Shown here piece by piece: positions 1 to 9,956 of a stretch of DNA of 40,088 nt; positions within the stretch are counted from its first letter, which is position 1; every line of letters starts with the position of its first letter. This DNA comes from a virus (lineage: Duplodnaviria > Caudoviricetes): the IMG/VR virus record IMGVR_UViG_3300038393_000587, positions 1 to 40,088 of that record; one strand, given 5' to 3'. The notes under the pieces are model-generated. The model saw only the letters and a list, made by a program, of their open reading frames with translations, was not told the origin of the DNA and did no database searches. The translations under genes were made by a program, and so were the position numbers.

Positions 1-2
1 AC

Positions 3-3000
3 ACATACATTGCTTTCGATCCTACCCAAATTAAATCTGCAATCGGCAACAGCGGCAAGTTCAACCCGAACGACCCGAACATTCTAAACCAGTCCGTCTT
101 CCACGGCACCCCGCACGTATGGGCACCCGAGCCGGGGTTCCCGCACGGGCGCCCGCGGCTTGACAAGATGGGCACGGGGGAAGGGGCGGCGGCTTTTGGG
201 TGGGGATGGTACAGTGCGGAGAATCAGGGGGTAGCAAGAGAGTACCGCGACATATTGTCAGATAGCACAGACTTTTTTACCGTGGACGGCGAAGTACAGT
301 TCAAGGGCCCGGCCAACGGTAGCGACCCCCGGCAACTTGCCATATCCGTACTGGCCCACGGCGACACGATAGAAGCGGTTAAAGAACGGCTGGAAGACAA
401 CGACGCAGACCCGGTATGGGTAAAGCAGTTCGTCGCGGAAGGTAAGAAGCTGGAAGGTAAGAAGGTAGAGATTAAGACTGACACGACCGGGAACCTTTAC
501 TCCCTCGACATCCCCGACTCGGTATTGCCGCGCTTGCTGGATTGGGATAAACCGTTAAGCGAGCAGACGCCGGAAGTTCGGAAGGCGCTACTTAAGGCAA
601 TGCCCGAACTGCGCGACCAAGCCGCGAAGCAGGACCGGGAAGACGCCGACCTACTGGCGGAATTGCTAGGTGAACCAGCGGAAATTAACCCGAACGTTCA
701 ATTACCGACCACCAGTGCCCAAGACTTTTACCATTCTCTTGTCCGTAAACACGGCGGCGATAAAGCAGCTTCCGAATACCTGGCTTCAATCGGCATAGTC
801 GGGAACCGCTACCTGGACGGCGGCTCGCGTGCCGACGGCAAGGGCACCTATAACTACGTGATTTGGGACCAGCCCACACTGGACAAGGTAGCCTTGCTTG
901 AACGCAACGGCGAGAAGCTGGACGCAATGCGGGAACTGGCGCAGGGCAACCGCGCCGGATACAACCCTGACACCTTCACCATCTCCCTACTCAAAGGCGC
1001 GGATCTCTCGTCAACTCTCCACGAGGGCGGGCACTTCTACCTTGAAGCCCTGGCAGAGATGGCCGGACGCCCGGACGCCCCGCAACAGATCAAGGATGAT
1101 TTCCGCAAGACTCTGGATTGGTTCGGGATAACTGGTAACGAGAACCTGGAAGCCGGAACCCGGGGCGGGGACTTGGGGCAATCGACCACCACACAACAAA
1201 GAGCGGAAGCCGCAGGTTTCGATACATCTACCGTTTGGCTACACGGCACAACCAAGAATTTTAAATCTTTCAAGCCGGGTGATAACGGAGTCAACGAACT
1301 CGGTAAAGGGGTTTACTTTACTACCAGTCCGACCGAAACCTATTTCCACTCGCGGGGGGAAAATGGCCGGGTAGTTGAAGCGTACATCAAGAAAGGCGAC
1401 ATGTTCGACCTTTCGGTAATGCGCGATACGGGGCAGATGATAGGCGGTCGTGCAGAAAAGAAGGCGGCAGCTTACAGAGAGATAGCCCAACGTATCAAGG
1501 ATCGGGCGGACACCATAACGGAACCCCTTATCCGGGATTGGGCAAATCAGCCACTAGGTGAACTAGCGGAACACATTAAAGAGGCTACACGGTACACCCA
1601 TAACTTGAATTTCTGGCTGGACAAGGCTGGTTATGTTGGTGCTACCGACAGGTTCAGCCAATACCCTAATCAAGCGGTTGTATTCGACCCGAAGAATATC
1701 AGAAGCGTTGACGCCAAATTCAACCCGAAGAAATTAGACAGCGCGAACATATACGCCCAAGGCGGCGAACCCGGAACCCCCGGCGACCTCCCGCCCGGGC
1801 GTACACCGGAAGAGGTATGGAACAGCATGTCCCTCGACCAGAAACGCCCGTACCATGAACAATGGGCGCAATCCTTCGAACGGTACATGCTGGAAGGCAA
1901 AGCCCCCACGACTGAAATGCAGCCAGTCTTTGCGCGGTTTCGTGCGTGGATGCTCAATGTATACAAGTCGTTAGAAGCGTTCCTTAAACAGAATCCTCTT
2001 GCCGGAAAGCTGAACGACGAAGTGCGGGGAATCTTCGACCGGTTGATCGCTTCCGAAGAATCCATCCGTGCAACGGAGTCCGTGCGTGCGTACGCGCCCC
2101 TATTCGAAAGCAACGAGGCCGCCGGCGTTACACCCAAACAGTTCCAGGATTACCTTGACCTTGGGGAAGCGGCCACGGAACGGGCAATCGATGACCTGTC
2201 AAGCCGCAGCCTGCGCGATATGAAATGGTTGAGCAACGCAAAGGAACATATAATCAAGGAGTTGCAGAAGGAAGCTAAAGCAAAACGTAAATCGGTAGAA
2301 GCCGAAGTAACGCAGGAGGTCATGAGCGAACCGGTGAACCAGGCTCGCACGTTCCTGAAGACGGGCGAGACGACCGACCCGGCCACCGGGGATTTAATCA
2401 AGGTGGAAGCCGGGTTCAAACTCGACAAGGACGCCGTGGATGAACTCTTCCCGGCGAAGGGTACCGTAACCCTAGACCGCGCGAAGCTGCGCGGTATGAC
2501 GCAGGAAGACGGCCTATCGCCCGACCTGGCGGCGCAAATGTTCGGGTTCTCAAGTGGCGAAGCCCTGATCGCGGAAATCGCGAACGGCGAATCGGCAAAA
2601 GAGAAGATCGAAGCCATGACCGACCAGCGTATGTTGGAACGGTACGGCGACCTGTCAAGCGAAGAGGATATCGAGCGCGCGGCGGAAGCGGCCATCCACA
2701 ACGAAGCCCGGGCCCGGTTCCTGGCGACAGGGCTCGCCATGTTGTCCAAGTCCCCGATCCCGGCCGCACAACTCAACAAGGCCGCGAAACAAGCAGCCGA
2801 GAACACGATCGCTTCCCGCAAGGTGCGCGACCTGCGCCCCGCGCAATACGAGCGGGCGGAAACCAAGGCGAACAAGGAAGCTATCAAACTGGCGCCGAAG
2901 GATCCCAAGGGCGCAATGGAAGCCCAGCGTGCCGCACTCCTGAACAACCGGCTGGCGAAGGCTTCAGGCGAAGCCGTGGCCGAAGTGGAAAAAATTCTCC

Positions 3001-5414
3001 GGTACGTTGAGAAGTTCCAAACCGAAGGCACGCGCAAAGCCCTTGACCTTGAATACCTGGAACAGATCGACGACCTGCTACGCCCGTTCGATTTCCGCAA
3101 GGGGCAATCACTCAAGCAGATCGATAAGCGGCAAAGCCTTGCCGACTGGATAGACGCCCAGGAAGCAATGGGTTTCGAACCGGCGATAGACCCCGCCCTG
3201 ATGGATGAAGCGAAACTCAAGTCCTACAAGAATATGACCCTGGAAGAACTCCGGGGGCTGGTGGACAGCATCAAGCAAATCGAACACCTTGGACGGCTGA
3301 AACGTAAACTGCTACTGGCCAAGGACCAGCGGGAATTCGACGAGATCGTGGCCGAAGGTATCCGCGCAATCCACGACAACGCGAACCGCACGGTGGAAGA
3401 GAAGGCAACCCCGACCGACGCTATCGGGATAGCGGGCAAATGGTGGCGGCAAATGACCGCCGACCACCGGAAGTTCGCCAGCATCATGCGGGAAATGGAC
3501 GGCGGGAAAGATAACGGGTTCATGTTCAACCGGTTCCTGCGCACCATGAACGAGTCCGGGGACAGCGAAACGCAAATGAAAGCCGAAGCCACGGAAGCCC
3601 TGGCGAAGCTATTCAAAGCGATCGACAAGAACCCGGTACCGGGGAACCTGTACGCCAAAAAGCGGGTAGTGCCCGGAACGAACCTTTCCATGACCCACGA
3701 ACAGCGGATCATGTTCGCAATGAACTGGGGCAACGAAGGGAACCGCCAACGGTTGTTGGACGGTGGGCTATCCGGGAACCGTGCCATTTCCCTGCCCCAA
3801 GCGCAAGCCGTGCTCGATACGCTCACGAAAGAGGAATGGGATTTCGTGCAAGGGGTATGGGATTTCATAGCGGAATACAAACCGCAAGTGGCCGCCCTGG
3901 AACGGCGTATTACGGGGGTGGAACCGAAGTGGATAGACCCGGCACCGATCCCCACCAAATACGGCACGTACCGCGGCGGGTACTTCCCGGTGAAGTACGA
4001 TACGGAATTATCTTCCCGTTCGGAATCCCTGGAAGCAGCAACGGATCTCCGCATGGGAATGAAAGGTGCGTTCAACAGTGCGGCAACCCGTTCGGGGTTC
4101 ACGAAAACACGCGCGGATCAAGTTATCAATCGTCCCATTCTGTTGAGCTACAACGCGATCAGCCAGCATGTTAGTGAGGTTACGCACCGCCTGGCATGGC
4201 AGGAATGGCTAATCGATACCAACCGTTTGTTGAAAGCCCTGGACAACCCCATCCGTGAGCACTACGGCGCCGAGATACTGCGCACATTGCGCGACACGGT
4301 GGTGGACATAGCGGCGGGTGACGCCCCGGCGAAGAACGGCACGGAAACCGCGATCAATCGTTTGCGGGTCGGGTCTACTGTTGTCGGTATGGGTTGGCGC
4401 GTGACTACGGCATTGCTTCAACCATCCGGGCTTGCGCAAAGCTGGGTGCGGGTCGGCGGCAAGCACATGGCGCGCGGCGTGTATCAGTTCACCAAATCGC
4501 CGATTACCAGCGGGGCATTCGTGAACAGCAAATCCAAAATGATGGTGGACCGTGGCAAGACCATGCAGCGGGAAATAAACGAAGTGCTGAACACTGTCCG
4601 CGCAGGCGATAAGGTATCCGCGTTTAAGGCGAGCTATTTCATGCTCATCGGCAAGATGCAGCGGGCGGTGGACATCCCCACATGGTTGGGTGCGTACGAG
4701 AAGGCCACCGATCAATTGAAGCTGCAGAATGCGGCCACAGCGGACGAGCGCAAGGCGATTGAAGAACAGGCCGCCGCGCTTGCCGATCAGGCGGTACTCG
4801 ATTCGCAATCCGGCGGACAGTTGAAGGATCTCGCCAGGGTGCAGCGGGGCAGTCCGCTACAGAAGATTTTCACGAACTTTTACAGCTACTTTTCCGCAAC
4901 GTACAACCTGAACGTGGAAGCGGTTCGCCGGACGAACTTCATGTCCCCTTCGTCGGTGGCATTGTTGGCGACGGATATGGTACTGCTCAACAGCGTGCCG
5001 GTGTTGTTCTCGGTTGCCTTGAAGGAAGTCTTGAAAGGGGAATGCGGCGACGACCTGGAATGTCTGGGCAAGAAACTGGGGCATGAGCAATTAAGTTTTC
5101 TGTTCGGGCAAATGGTACTCCTGCGGGAAGCTGGTACGGCGATCGATGTTGCGGCCGGGGGACAGGGGTTCGGGTACCAGGGGCCAGCGGGCTTGCGGTT
5201 CTTCGGCGACCTTTACAAAGCGGGACAACAGGTTAACCAAGGTGACGCGGACGTAGCGTTTTTCAAATCCGCCAACAACGTGGCGGGAGCCCTACTACAC
5301 TACCCCGCAGGACAGATAAATGCGACGGTAGAAGGTATCATGGCGATAGAACAGGGTAAGGTGGAAGGAATGGGAATACTACCGGCACTGGTTGCAGGGC
5401 CGCCGAAGAAATAG
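3..5414 (+). CDS. Giant polyvalent / internal virion (ejection-type) protein, 5'-truncated; ART-like domains, HExxH motif, long helical C-terminal region
   Basis: Frame is open from base 3 (TYIAFDPTQIKSAIGNSGKFNPNDPNI...FHGTPH) into the 1748-aa ORF at 168, so the true start lies left of the window. Motifs GTGEGAAAFGWGWY, LHEGGH, WLHGT...GKGVYFT. Size and position before the tail fibre fit podophage ejection proteins. Confidence 0.75.
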   Translation, partial: TYIAFDPTQIKSAIGNSGKFNPNDPNILNQSVFHGTPHVWAPEPGFPHGRPRLDKMGTGEGAAAFGWGWYSAENQGVAREYRDILSDSTDFFTVDGEVQFKGPANGSDPRQLAISVLAHGDTIEAVKERLEDNDADPVWVKQFVAEGKKLEGKKVEIKTDTTGNLYSLDIPDSVLPRLLDWDKPLSEQTPEVRKALLKAMPELRDQAAKQDREDADLLAELLGEPAEINPNVQLPTTSAQDFYHSLVRKHGGDKAASEYLASIGIVGNRYLDGGSRADGKGTYNYVIWDQPTLDKVALLERNGEKLDAMRELAQGNRAGYNPDTFTISLLKGADLSSTLHEGGHFYLEALAEMAGRPDAPQQIKDDFRKTLDWFGITGNENLEAGTRGGDLGQSTTTQQRAEAAGFDTSTVWLHGTTKNFKSFKPGDNGVNELGKGVYFTTSPTETYFHSRGENGRVVEAYIKKGDMFDLSVMRDTGQMIGGRAEKKAAAYREIAQRIKDRADTITEPLIRDWANQPLGELAEHIKEATRYTHNLNFWLDKAGYVGATDRFSQYPNQAVVFDPKNIRSVDAKFNPKKLDSANIYAQGGEPGTPGDLPPGRTPEEVWNSMSLDQKRPYHEQWAQSFERYMLEGKAPTTEMQPVFARFRAWMLNVYKSLEAFLKQNPLAGKLNDEVRGIFDRLIASEESIRATESVRAYAPLFESNEAAGVTPKQFQDYLDLGEAATERAIDDLSSRSLRDMKWLSNAKEHIIKELQKEAKAKRKSVEAEVTQEVMSEPVNQARTFLKTGETTDPATGDLIKVEAGFKLDKDAVDELFPAKGTVTLDRAKLRGMTQEDGLSPDLAAQMFGFSSGEALIAEIANGESAKEKIEAMTDQRMLERYGDLSSEEDIERAAEAAIHNEARARFLATGLAMLSKSPIPAAQLNKAAKQAAENTIASRKVRDLRPAQYERAETKANKEAIKLAPKDPKGAMEAQRAALLNNRLAKASGEAVAEVEKILRYVEKFQTEGTRKALDLEYLEQIDDLLRPFDFRKGQSLKQIDKRQSLADWIDAQEAMGFEPAIDPALMDEAKLKSYKNMTLEELRGLVDSIKQIEHLGRLKRKLLLAKDQREFDEIVAEGIRAIHDNANRTVEEKATPTDAIGIAGKWWRQMTADHRKFASIMREMDGGKDNGFMFNRFLRTMNESGDSETQMKAEATEALAKLFKAIDKNPVPGNLYAKKRVVPGTNLSMTHEQRIMFAMNWGNEGNRQRLLDGGLSGNRAISLPQAQAVLDTLTKEEWDFVQGVWDFIAEYKPQVAALERRITGVEPKWIDPAPIPTKYGTYRGGYFPVKYDTELSSRSESLEAATDLRMGMKGAFNSAATRSGFTKTRADQVINRPILLSYNAISQHVSEVTHRLAWQEWLIDTNRLLKALDNPIREHYGAEILRTLRDTVVDIAAGDAPAKNGTETAINRLRVGSTVVGMGWRVTTALLQPSGLAQSWVRVGGKHMARGVYQFTKSPITSGAFVNSKSKMMVDRGKTMQREINEVLNTVRAGDKVSAFKASYFMLIGKMQRAVDIPTWLGAYEKATDQLKLQNAATADERKAIEEQAAALADQAVLDSQSGGQLKDLARVQRGSPLQKIFTNFYSYFSATYNLNVEAVRRTNFMSPSSVALLATDMVLLNSVPVLFSVALKEVLKGECGDDLECLGKKLGHEQLSFLFGQMVLLREAGTAIDVAAGGQGFGYQGPAGLRFFGDLYKAGQQVNQGDADVAFFKSANNVAGALLHYPAGQINATVEGIMAIEQGKVEGMGILPALVAGPPKK

Positions 5415-5449
5415 TACGCGCGTTACGGTTACACTTACAGTAACATGTA

Positions 5450-5478
5450 TTGATGTTAGAATAGAACCGCCGTATAGT
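5450..5478 (+). promoter_or_regulatory. Sigma70-like promoter, TTGATR-TTAGA class
   Basis: TTGATG-17 bp-TATAGT in the intergenic gap before 5501. Confidence 0.6.
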
Positions 5479-5500
5479 TCCTTAAATTAGAAGGGGCTAT

Positions 5501-6496
5501 ATGGCGACGACGCAAGACCGCATACAGGGACTTATCGGTGACTTGGGGGTTAAGCCCCCGGTTCTCGTTGCCACTACCGCAGCAATTACCCTATCTGGCG
5601 AACAGACTATCGACGGCGTGGCAGTTGTCGCCGAAGATCGCGTCCTGGTCAAAGACCAGTCAGACACAACCACCAACGGCATTTATTACTGTCAGGCATC
5701 AACCTGGGTACGGGCACCTGACTTCGATGGTACGCGGGACGCATTACAAGGCACGCTTGTAGTAGTCGCTGTAGGAACCGCTAACGCCGGCACGCTCTGG
5801 CGACTCACAACGGCCAGCCCGGTAATAGGCACGTCCAATCTCACATTCTCACTTTTCCCGATCTCCGCTTCGGCATTCGTTCAAACCCTGCTCGATGACA
5901 CAACGGCGGGGGCGTTCCTTACCACGTTGGGGGTTTCTGCTTTTGCACAGACTGTGCTCGATGACGCGGACGCCGCGACGGCTCGCGCTACGCTGGGGGC
6001 GGTTGGAGTTACCGGGAACGAAACGGTAGCAGGTAACAAAACATTTACCGGCGTAAACGCGTACAGCGGAAGGAACGACAACACGGCGACCGCAGCCGGG
6101 TATATCGGGGAAGTGATAAGTTCCACTATTGCTTCCGGTTCCGCGGTCGCGTTGAGTAACGGTGTTCAAACTAACATAACCAGTATCACCCTTACCGCTG
6201 GTGACTGGGATGTGTTCGGGAACGTCTTGTTCACCTACGGGAGCACCACGAACATCACACACCTGCAGGGATCGACTGGTACCGTATCGGCGACAATAGA
6301 CACTACGGCCCGTTTCGCCTTCGTGTCATCGGGATTTGTACCGGGGACGACATCGCCGACTGGGTACACGGTACCCGCGCAACAGGTAAAGGTAGCCAAC
6401 GGGGCGACACAAGTAGTTTACCTGGTCGGGTACGGGTCATTCACGGTTAGCACACTGTCGGCATACGGCAAGATTTGGGCAAGACGTTCAGCATAA
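5501..6496 (+). CDS. Tail fibre / tail-associated protein
   Basis: N-terminal VATTAAITLSGEQTIDG...DRVLVKDQ...NGIY domain and SAFxQTxLDD...TLG repeats typical of phage fibres; G/T/S-rich; RBS AGGGG. Confidence 0.7.
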   Translation: MATTQDRIQGLIGDLGVKPPVLVATTAAITLSGEQTIDGVAVVAEDRVLVKDQSDTTTNGIYYCQASTWVRAPDFDGTRDALQGTLVVVAVGTANAGTLWRLTTASPVIGTSNLTFSLFPISASAFVQTLLDDTTAGAFLTTLGVSAFAQTVLDDADAATARATLGAVGVTGNETVAGNKTFTGVNAYSGRNDNTATAAGYIGEVISSTIASGSAVALSNGVQTNITSITLTAGDWDVFGNVLFTYGSTTNITHLQGSTGTVSATIDTTARFAFVSSGFVPGTTSPTGYTVPAQQVKVANGATQVVYLVGYGSFTVSTLSAYGKIWARRSA

Positions 6497-6511
6497 GTAA
6501 AGGGGAGCACT

Positions 6512-7294
6512 ATGATAGAAGGCAACGCGGATAAAGAAAGCATCAACGTATACCAAGACTCGGGTGAAACAACCCGGTTCGCTCGTGAGGTATGGCGTAC
6601 ATCAGCAGCATTCCCCGGACCACACAATGGGGAAGAGTATAGCGAAAAGGCAATAGAGAGCAGGCCGACTGGCGGCGGGATCAACGGTCCTACCAGCGCG
6701 GATTACGGCTTCACAGTATCAGTCCGCAAAAAGAACATCGGCACAGTGAACGCCATTACGGGCGAGATAGACGGTATTAATGTAGTTGTTGCAAACGATG
6801 GAGCAACCACTTCTGATGCTGGCGGTATCCTGCTTAATGTAGCCAACCTATCAGACGGCTTCACTGTATGCGAGGAAGGCGTTTCTTCGGCCTATAGCGC
6901 GGATAAGTCGTACATCGTTAGGCAGGTGCGTTATCAGATAGGCGTAACTGATCGCAAGAATTCCCATTCGTTCGGCCTCAACGTTTCGCAATGCATCGGC
7001 ATCGACGGGGACGCCTACCGGTGCGATACGGTCTCCGGTAAATGGTGGACGAACTTTCTTAATTTCTACAATGACGGCGTCCAAAAGTATTCCGTTGACG
7101 GTAACGGCGTAGCTCGTGGTGGCCCTGTATGCATCACTGGCGCGGCTGTGAGTTGCCCGACTGGTATAAGCATCGGTGGCGTATGGTCGTACACAGCAAC
7201 AGCGGGAACCGTAACACCTCCTGCGCAGGTTGAGGGCTACATCGGCGTAAACATCGGCGGAACTCCCTACAAAATACCGTACTACCGCGCCTGA
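6512..7294 (+). CDS. Putative tail/receptor-binding-associated protein
   Basis: 260 aa, beta-rich and Gly-rich; C-terminal GYIGVNIGGTPYKIPYY resembles fibre termini; RBS GGGGAG; follows tail fibre. Confidence 0.45.
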   Translation: MIEGNADKESINVYQDSGETTRFAREVWRTSAAFPGPHNGEEYSEKAIESRPTGGGINGPTSADYGFTVSVRKKNIGTVNAITGEIDGINVVVANDGATTSDAGGILLNVANLSDGFTVCEEGVSSAYSADKSYIVRQVRYQIGVTDRKNSHSFGLNVSQCIGIDGDAYRCDTVSGKWWTNFLNFYNDGVQKYSVDGNGVARGGPVCITGAAVSCPTGISIGGVWSYTATAGTVTPPAQVEGYIGVNIGGTPYKIPYYRA

Positions 7295-8247
7295 TGCCCA
7301 CTCCCCGATTACCGGATTCGGATCTCATACACGCTTTAAACCTGGAAGAAGAGTTCGGTAGTGCGTATCTCGCGGCGAAGGCGGGTTGCGGGATAGATCC
7401 CGGAACCTTAAGCCACCGGATAAAAAGCGCGAAGATCGCCGGTTTAAAGCCCACATTTCGCAAAGAAGCCCCCCGCATACACGCCAGGCAACGCCTGGGG
7501 AAAATGCACATAGTCATACCCGACGGGCAGGTGAAGGACGGGGTGAACACCGATCATTGGGAATGGATCGGCAACTACATTGCGGAGAAGAAACCCGACA
7601 ACATTATCAATATCGGCGATTTCTGGGATATGCCCAGCTTGTCCCTGTACGACAAGGGCAAGCTACCATTTGAAGGACGCCGGTACGTCAAGGACATCAA
7701 GGCCGGCCGCGACGCGATGGAACGGTTATTGAAGCCTATCGACGACTACAACCGGACGGCGGCTAGGGGACAGCGGTACGAACCCCAGATGGATTTTACA
7801 GAAGGTAACCACGAACACCGCATTACGCGAGCAGTAGACAATAACCCCGAATTCCACGGAAAGCTTGATATCCTGGATTTGGGGGTAGAGGAATTCGGGT
7901 GGACATTCCACCCGTTTCTTAAAGTCATCAAGCGGGACGGAATCGACTACGCGCATTACTTCATCTCCGGGGTTATGGGGCGGCCGGTAAGTTCCGCCGC
8001 TGTGTTACTGCGTGAACGGCAGTGTTCCGCCACGATGGGGCATGTGCAGCACATGGACATAGCCATCCACAAGAAAACCCTGCAAACCGCTTTATTCTGC
8101 GCCACATGCTACAGCCACGACGAACATTACCTCGGGCCGCAGGGCAACAGCCAGAAGCGCGGAATAATCGTCAAGCATGAAGTGGAGGATGGGCGCTACG
8201 ACATTATGACAGTATCACTGAACTACCTAAAAAAGGCATATAGTTGA
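7294..8247 (+). CDS. Calcineurin-like metallophosphoesterase
   Basis: Motifs IPDGQ, GDFWD, GNHE, HY, GHVQ in canonical order; TGATG coupling to upstream gene. Confidence 0.85.
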   Translation: MPTPRLPDSDLIHALNLEEEFGSAYLAAKAGCGIDPGTLSHRIKSAKIAGLKPTFRKEAPRIHARQRLGKMHIVIPDGQVKDGVNTDHWEWIGNYIAEKKPDNIINIGDFWDMPSLSLYDKGKLPFEGRRYVKDIKAGRDAMERLLKPIDDYNRTAARGQRYEPQMDFTEGNHEHRITRAVDNNPEFHGKLDILDLGVEEFGWTFHPFLKVIKRDGIDYAHYFISGVMGRPVSSAAVLLRERQCSATMGHVQHMDIAIHKKTLQTALFCATCYSHDEHYLGPQGNSQKRGIIVKHEVEDGRYDIMTVSLNYLKKAYS

Positions 8248-8318
8248 CAGATGTTTGAAACTATGAATGGTACAATTGCGGGGTACATTAAATGACGACA
8301 TTTTACAGGAGAAACAAA

Positions 8319-8468
8319 ATGGCCGATCTCAATGACGCAGTCAACGAAGTGAAAAAAGTATACAACGTAGCGGAATCAGAAGTGGACGGTTTCTTCGTCC
8401 GCAATAAATACACCGTCCTGATCCTTTCCGCCGTGGCTATCGCCCTGGTGGTTTTCGCGGTCTTATAA
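8319..8468 (+). CDS. Small membrane protein (49 aa), first gene of lysis region
   Basis: Read by hand: MADLNDAVNEVKK...YTVLILSAVAIALVVFAVL; RBS AGGAG at 8307-8311; C-terminal TM segment. Confidence 0.65.
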   Translation: MADLNDAVNEVKKVYNVAESEVDGFFVRNKYTVLILSAVAIALVVFAVL

Positions 8469-8472
8469 AATC

Positions 8473-8637
8473 ATGCAGCACGATATAAGTATGTCCGCTG
8501 CGAAGGTAGCGCCCCCGGTAGTCGTGTCAGTTTTGCATGAGGCCACCGCAGGGTTGCCAACATTTATCCTTTGGGCTACGGCTATTTACACCGTGCTGCA
8601 AATCGCTTTGGTGGTTAAAAAACTATATACGAAATGA
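8473..8637 (+). CDS. Holin, T7 gp17.5-like (54 aa)
   Basis: Read by hand: MQHDISMSAAKVAPPVVVSV...WATAIYTVLQIALVVKKLYTK; KxAP..V and AIYTVLQI resemble the T7 holin; basic C-terminus; upstream of endolysin. Confidence 0.75.
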   Translation: MQHDISMSAAKVAPPVVVSVLHEATAGLPTFILWATAIYTVLQIALVVKKLYTK

Positions 8638-8783
8638 GCAAATTAATGGGCTGGCCGGTAGCGTATGTAGGTATCGCTTCCCTTTCCGTGGGTAGTGGAA
8701 TTAATAGTGGGATTGATTCTGGACTTATTGTGGCCGGAATTTGTTTGATTATCGTCGGAATTGGACAGGTGTGTTCGTCATGA
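8634..8783 (+). CDS. Small hydrophobic protein (49 aa) between holin and endolysin
   Basis: Read by hand: MSKLMGWPVAYVGIASLSVG...LIVAGICLIIVGIGQVCSS; ATGA overlaps at both ends. Confidence 0.6.
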   Translation: MSKLMGWPVAYVGIASLSVGSGINSGIDSGLIVAGICLIIVGIGQVCSS

Positions 8784-9244
8784 TTAAACCCCGCATGGCA
8801 ATAGCGGCTTTCTCCATTTCCGCTTCCGCGTTTGTTAGTTTGACTGTACTTGAAAGCTACCGCCCCGTGGCGTACATGCCCACCCCCGACGACGTACCCA
8901 CCATAGGGTTCGGAACTACGGAAGGCGTGAAGATGGGAGATACCATAACGCCACCCAAGGCACTGGTACGTGCGCTATCTGACGTGCAGAAATACGAAGG
9001 TGCGATCAAGCAGTGTGTCAAGGTGCCACTGCACCAGTACGAATATGACGCCTTTGTGAGCTTTGCCTACAACATCGGATCGGGTGCTTTTTGTAGTTCC
9101 ACTTTGGTAAAGGTATTGAACGAGGGACGGTACGCCGACGCATGTGCCCAGATATCTCGATGGGACAAGCAGGCCGGGAAAGTGTTACCGGGGCTGGTGA
9201 ACCGCCGTAAACATGAGCGTGCTATTTGTGAGGGGTTAGCCTAA
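8780..9244 (+). CDS. SAR-type endolysin, GH24 lysozyme
   Basis: Start revised to ATG 8780 (ATGA overlap). Hydrophobic N-terminal anchor, then E...D..T (LESYRPVAYMPTPDDVPTIGFGTT), YDAFVSFAYNIG, GLVNRRKHE. Confidence 0.92.
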   Translation: MIKPRMAIAAFSISASAFVSLTVLESYRPVAYMPTPDDVPTIGFGTTEGVKMGDTITPPKALVRALSDVQKYEGAIKQCVKVPLHQYEYDAFVSFAYNIGSGAFCSSTLVKVLNEGRYADACAQISRWDKQAGKVLPGLVNRRKHERAICEGLA

Positions 9245-9588
9245 TGGCGAGAATGCCTGATGCGGTAAAAGGTTGCGTTACTATGGAATGGCTGGAACAG
9301 GGTAAGGTCGCGCTATTCCGGTCGCACCTGAAAGAGTTCAGCGGACCGGCTCCGTATGATGGCGTATGCGTTGTACAGGTACACGCTACCGATTCATGCG
9401 AGATAAAGGGGATGCTTTCCTTGGATATGGGGCGTGAAAAGATGCTTACCGGATACCGCGCGGTATGCGGGATGATGAAAGAGCAAGGGTATACCGGCGT
9501 GCGGATGGAAACCGTAGACGAAGACGGCAATCTCCATGTCTGGGTAGACGGAAAACGGAAGGGGGTAATACCATGTACAGCCTGCTGA
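9244..9588 (+). CDS. Hypothetical protein inside lysis cassette
   Basis: 114-aa ORF coupled to the endolysin stop (TAATG); no recognised motif. Confidence 0.55.
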   Translation: MARMPDAVKGCVTMEWLEQGKVALFRSHLKEFSGPAPYDGVCVVQVHATDSCEIKGMLSLDMGREKMLTGYRAVCGMMKEQGYTGVRMETVDEDGNLHVWVDGKRKGVIPCTAC

Positions 9589-9956
9589 TAGTTCTTATAA
9601 TAGCCATTGTATCTGCTCTCGTCGGCGGCGGTATTGGTTGGTCGGTGAAGGGTTGGAAAGACGGCGCCCATGTCGCCGTGGTGGAGTCGCGGGATGTGGT
9701 TCTAACTTCCGCGAACGAGAAGTGCTCGATCGATATCGATGATGTGCAGAAGGGCGTAAAGTCGGTAACGGAATATGCGGCCGCGCGCATGAAGGCAGCG
9801 GAAGACGCAGCCGCCAAGGCAACCGAGAAAGCCGGTAAGCATTCCGGTAACGCAATTACGATCATGGCCGCGCCATTGCCACCGGAAGACGAGCAGTGCG
9901 CAGCGATAAAAGAGGAGCAGGAAAACTATGTTAAAAGCCGCCATACTGGTTCTTAG
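9573..9956 (+). CDS. i-spanin (Rz-like)
   Basis: Start revised to ATG 9573; N-terminal TM (MYSLLIVLIIAIVSALVGGGIGW), Ala/Lys/Glu-rich helical periplasmic part. Confidence 0.75.
   Translation: MYSLLIVLIIAIVSALVGGGIGWSVKGWKDGAHVAVVESRDVVLTSANEKCSIDIDDVQKGVKSVTEYAAARMKAAEDAAAKATEKAGKHSGNAITIMAAPLPPEDEQCAAIKEEQENYVKSRHTGS

Noticed and set aside
2150-4102. Long minus-strand ORFs (356 and 292 aa) and similar antisense ORFs elsewhere
   Set aside because: Ser/Arg-rich in-register shadows of real genes, without RBS or motifs.
5501-7294. BPP-1-type diversity-generating retroelement at the tail fibre
   Set aside because: No reverse transcriptase and no template/variable repeat pair seen in the window.
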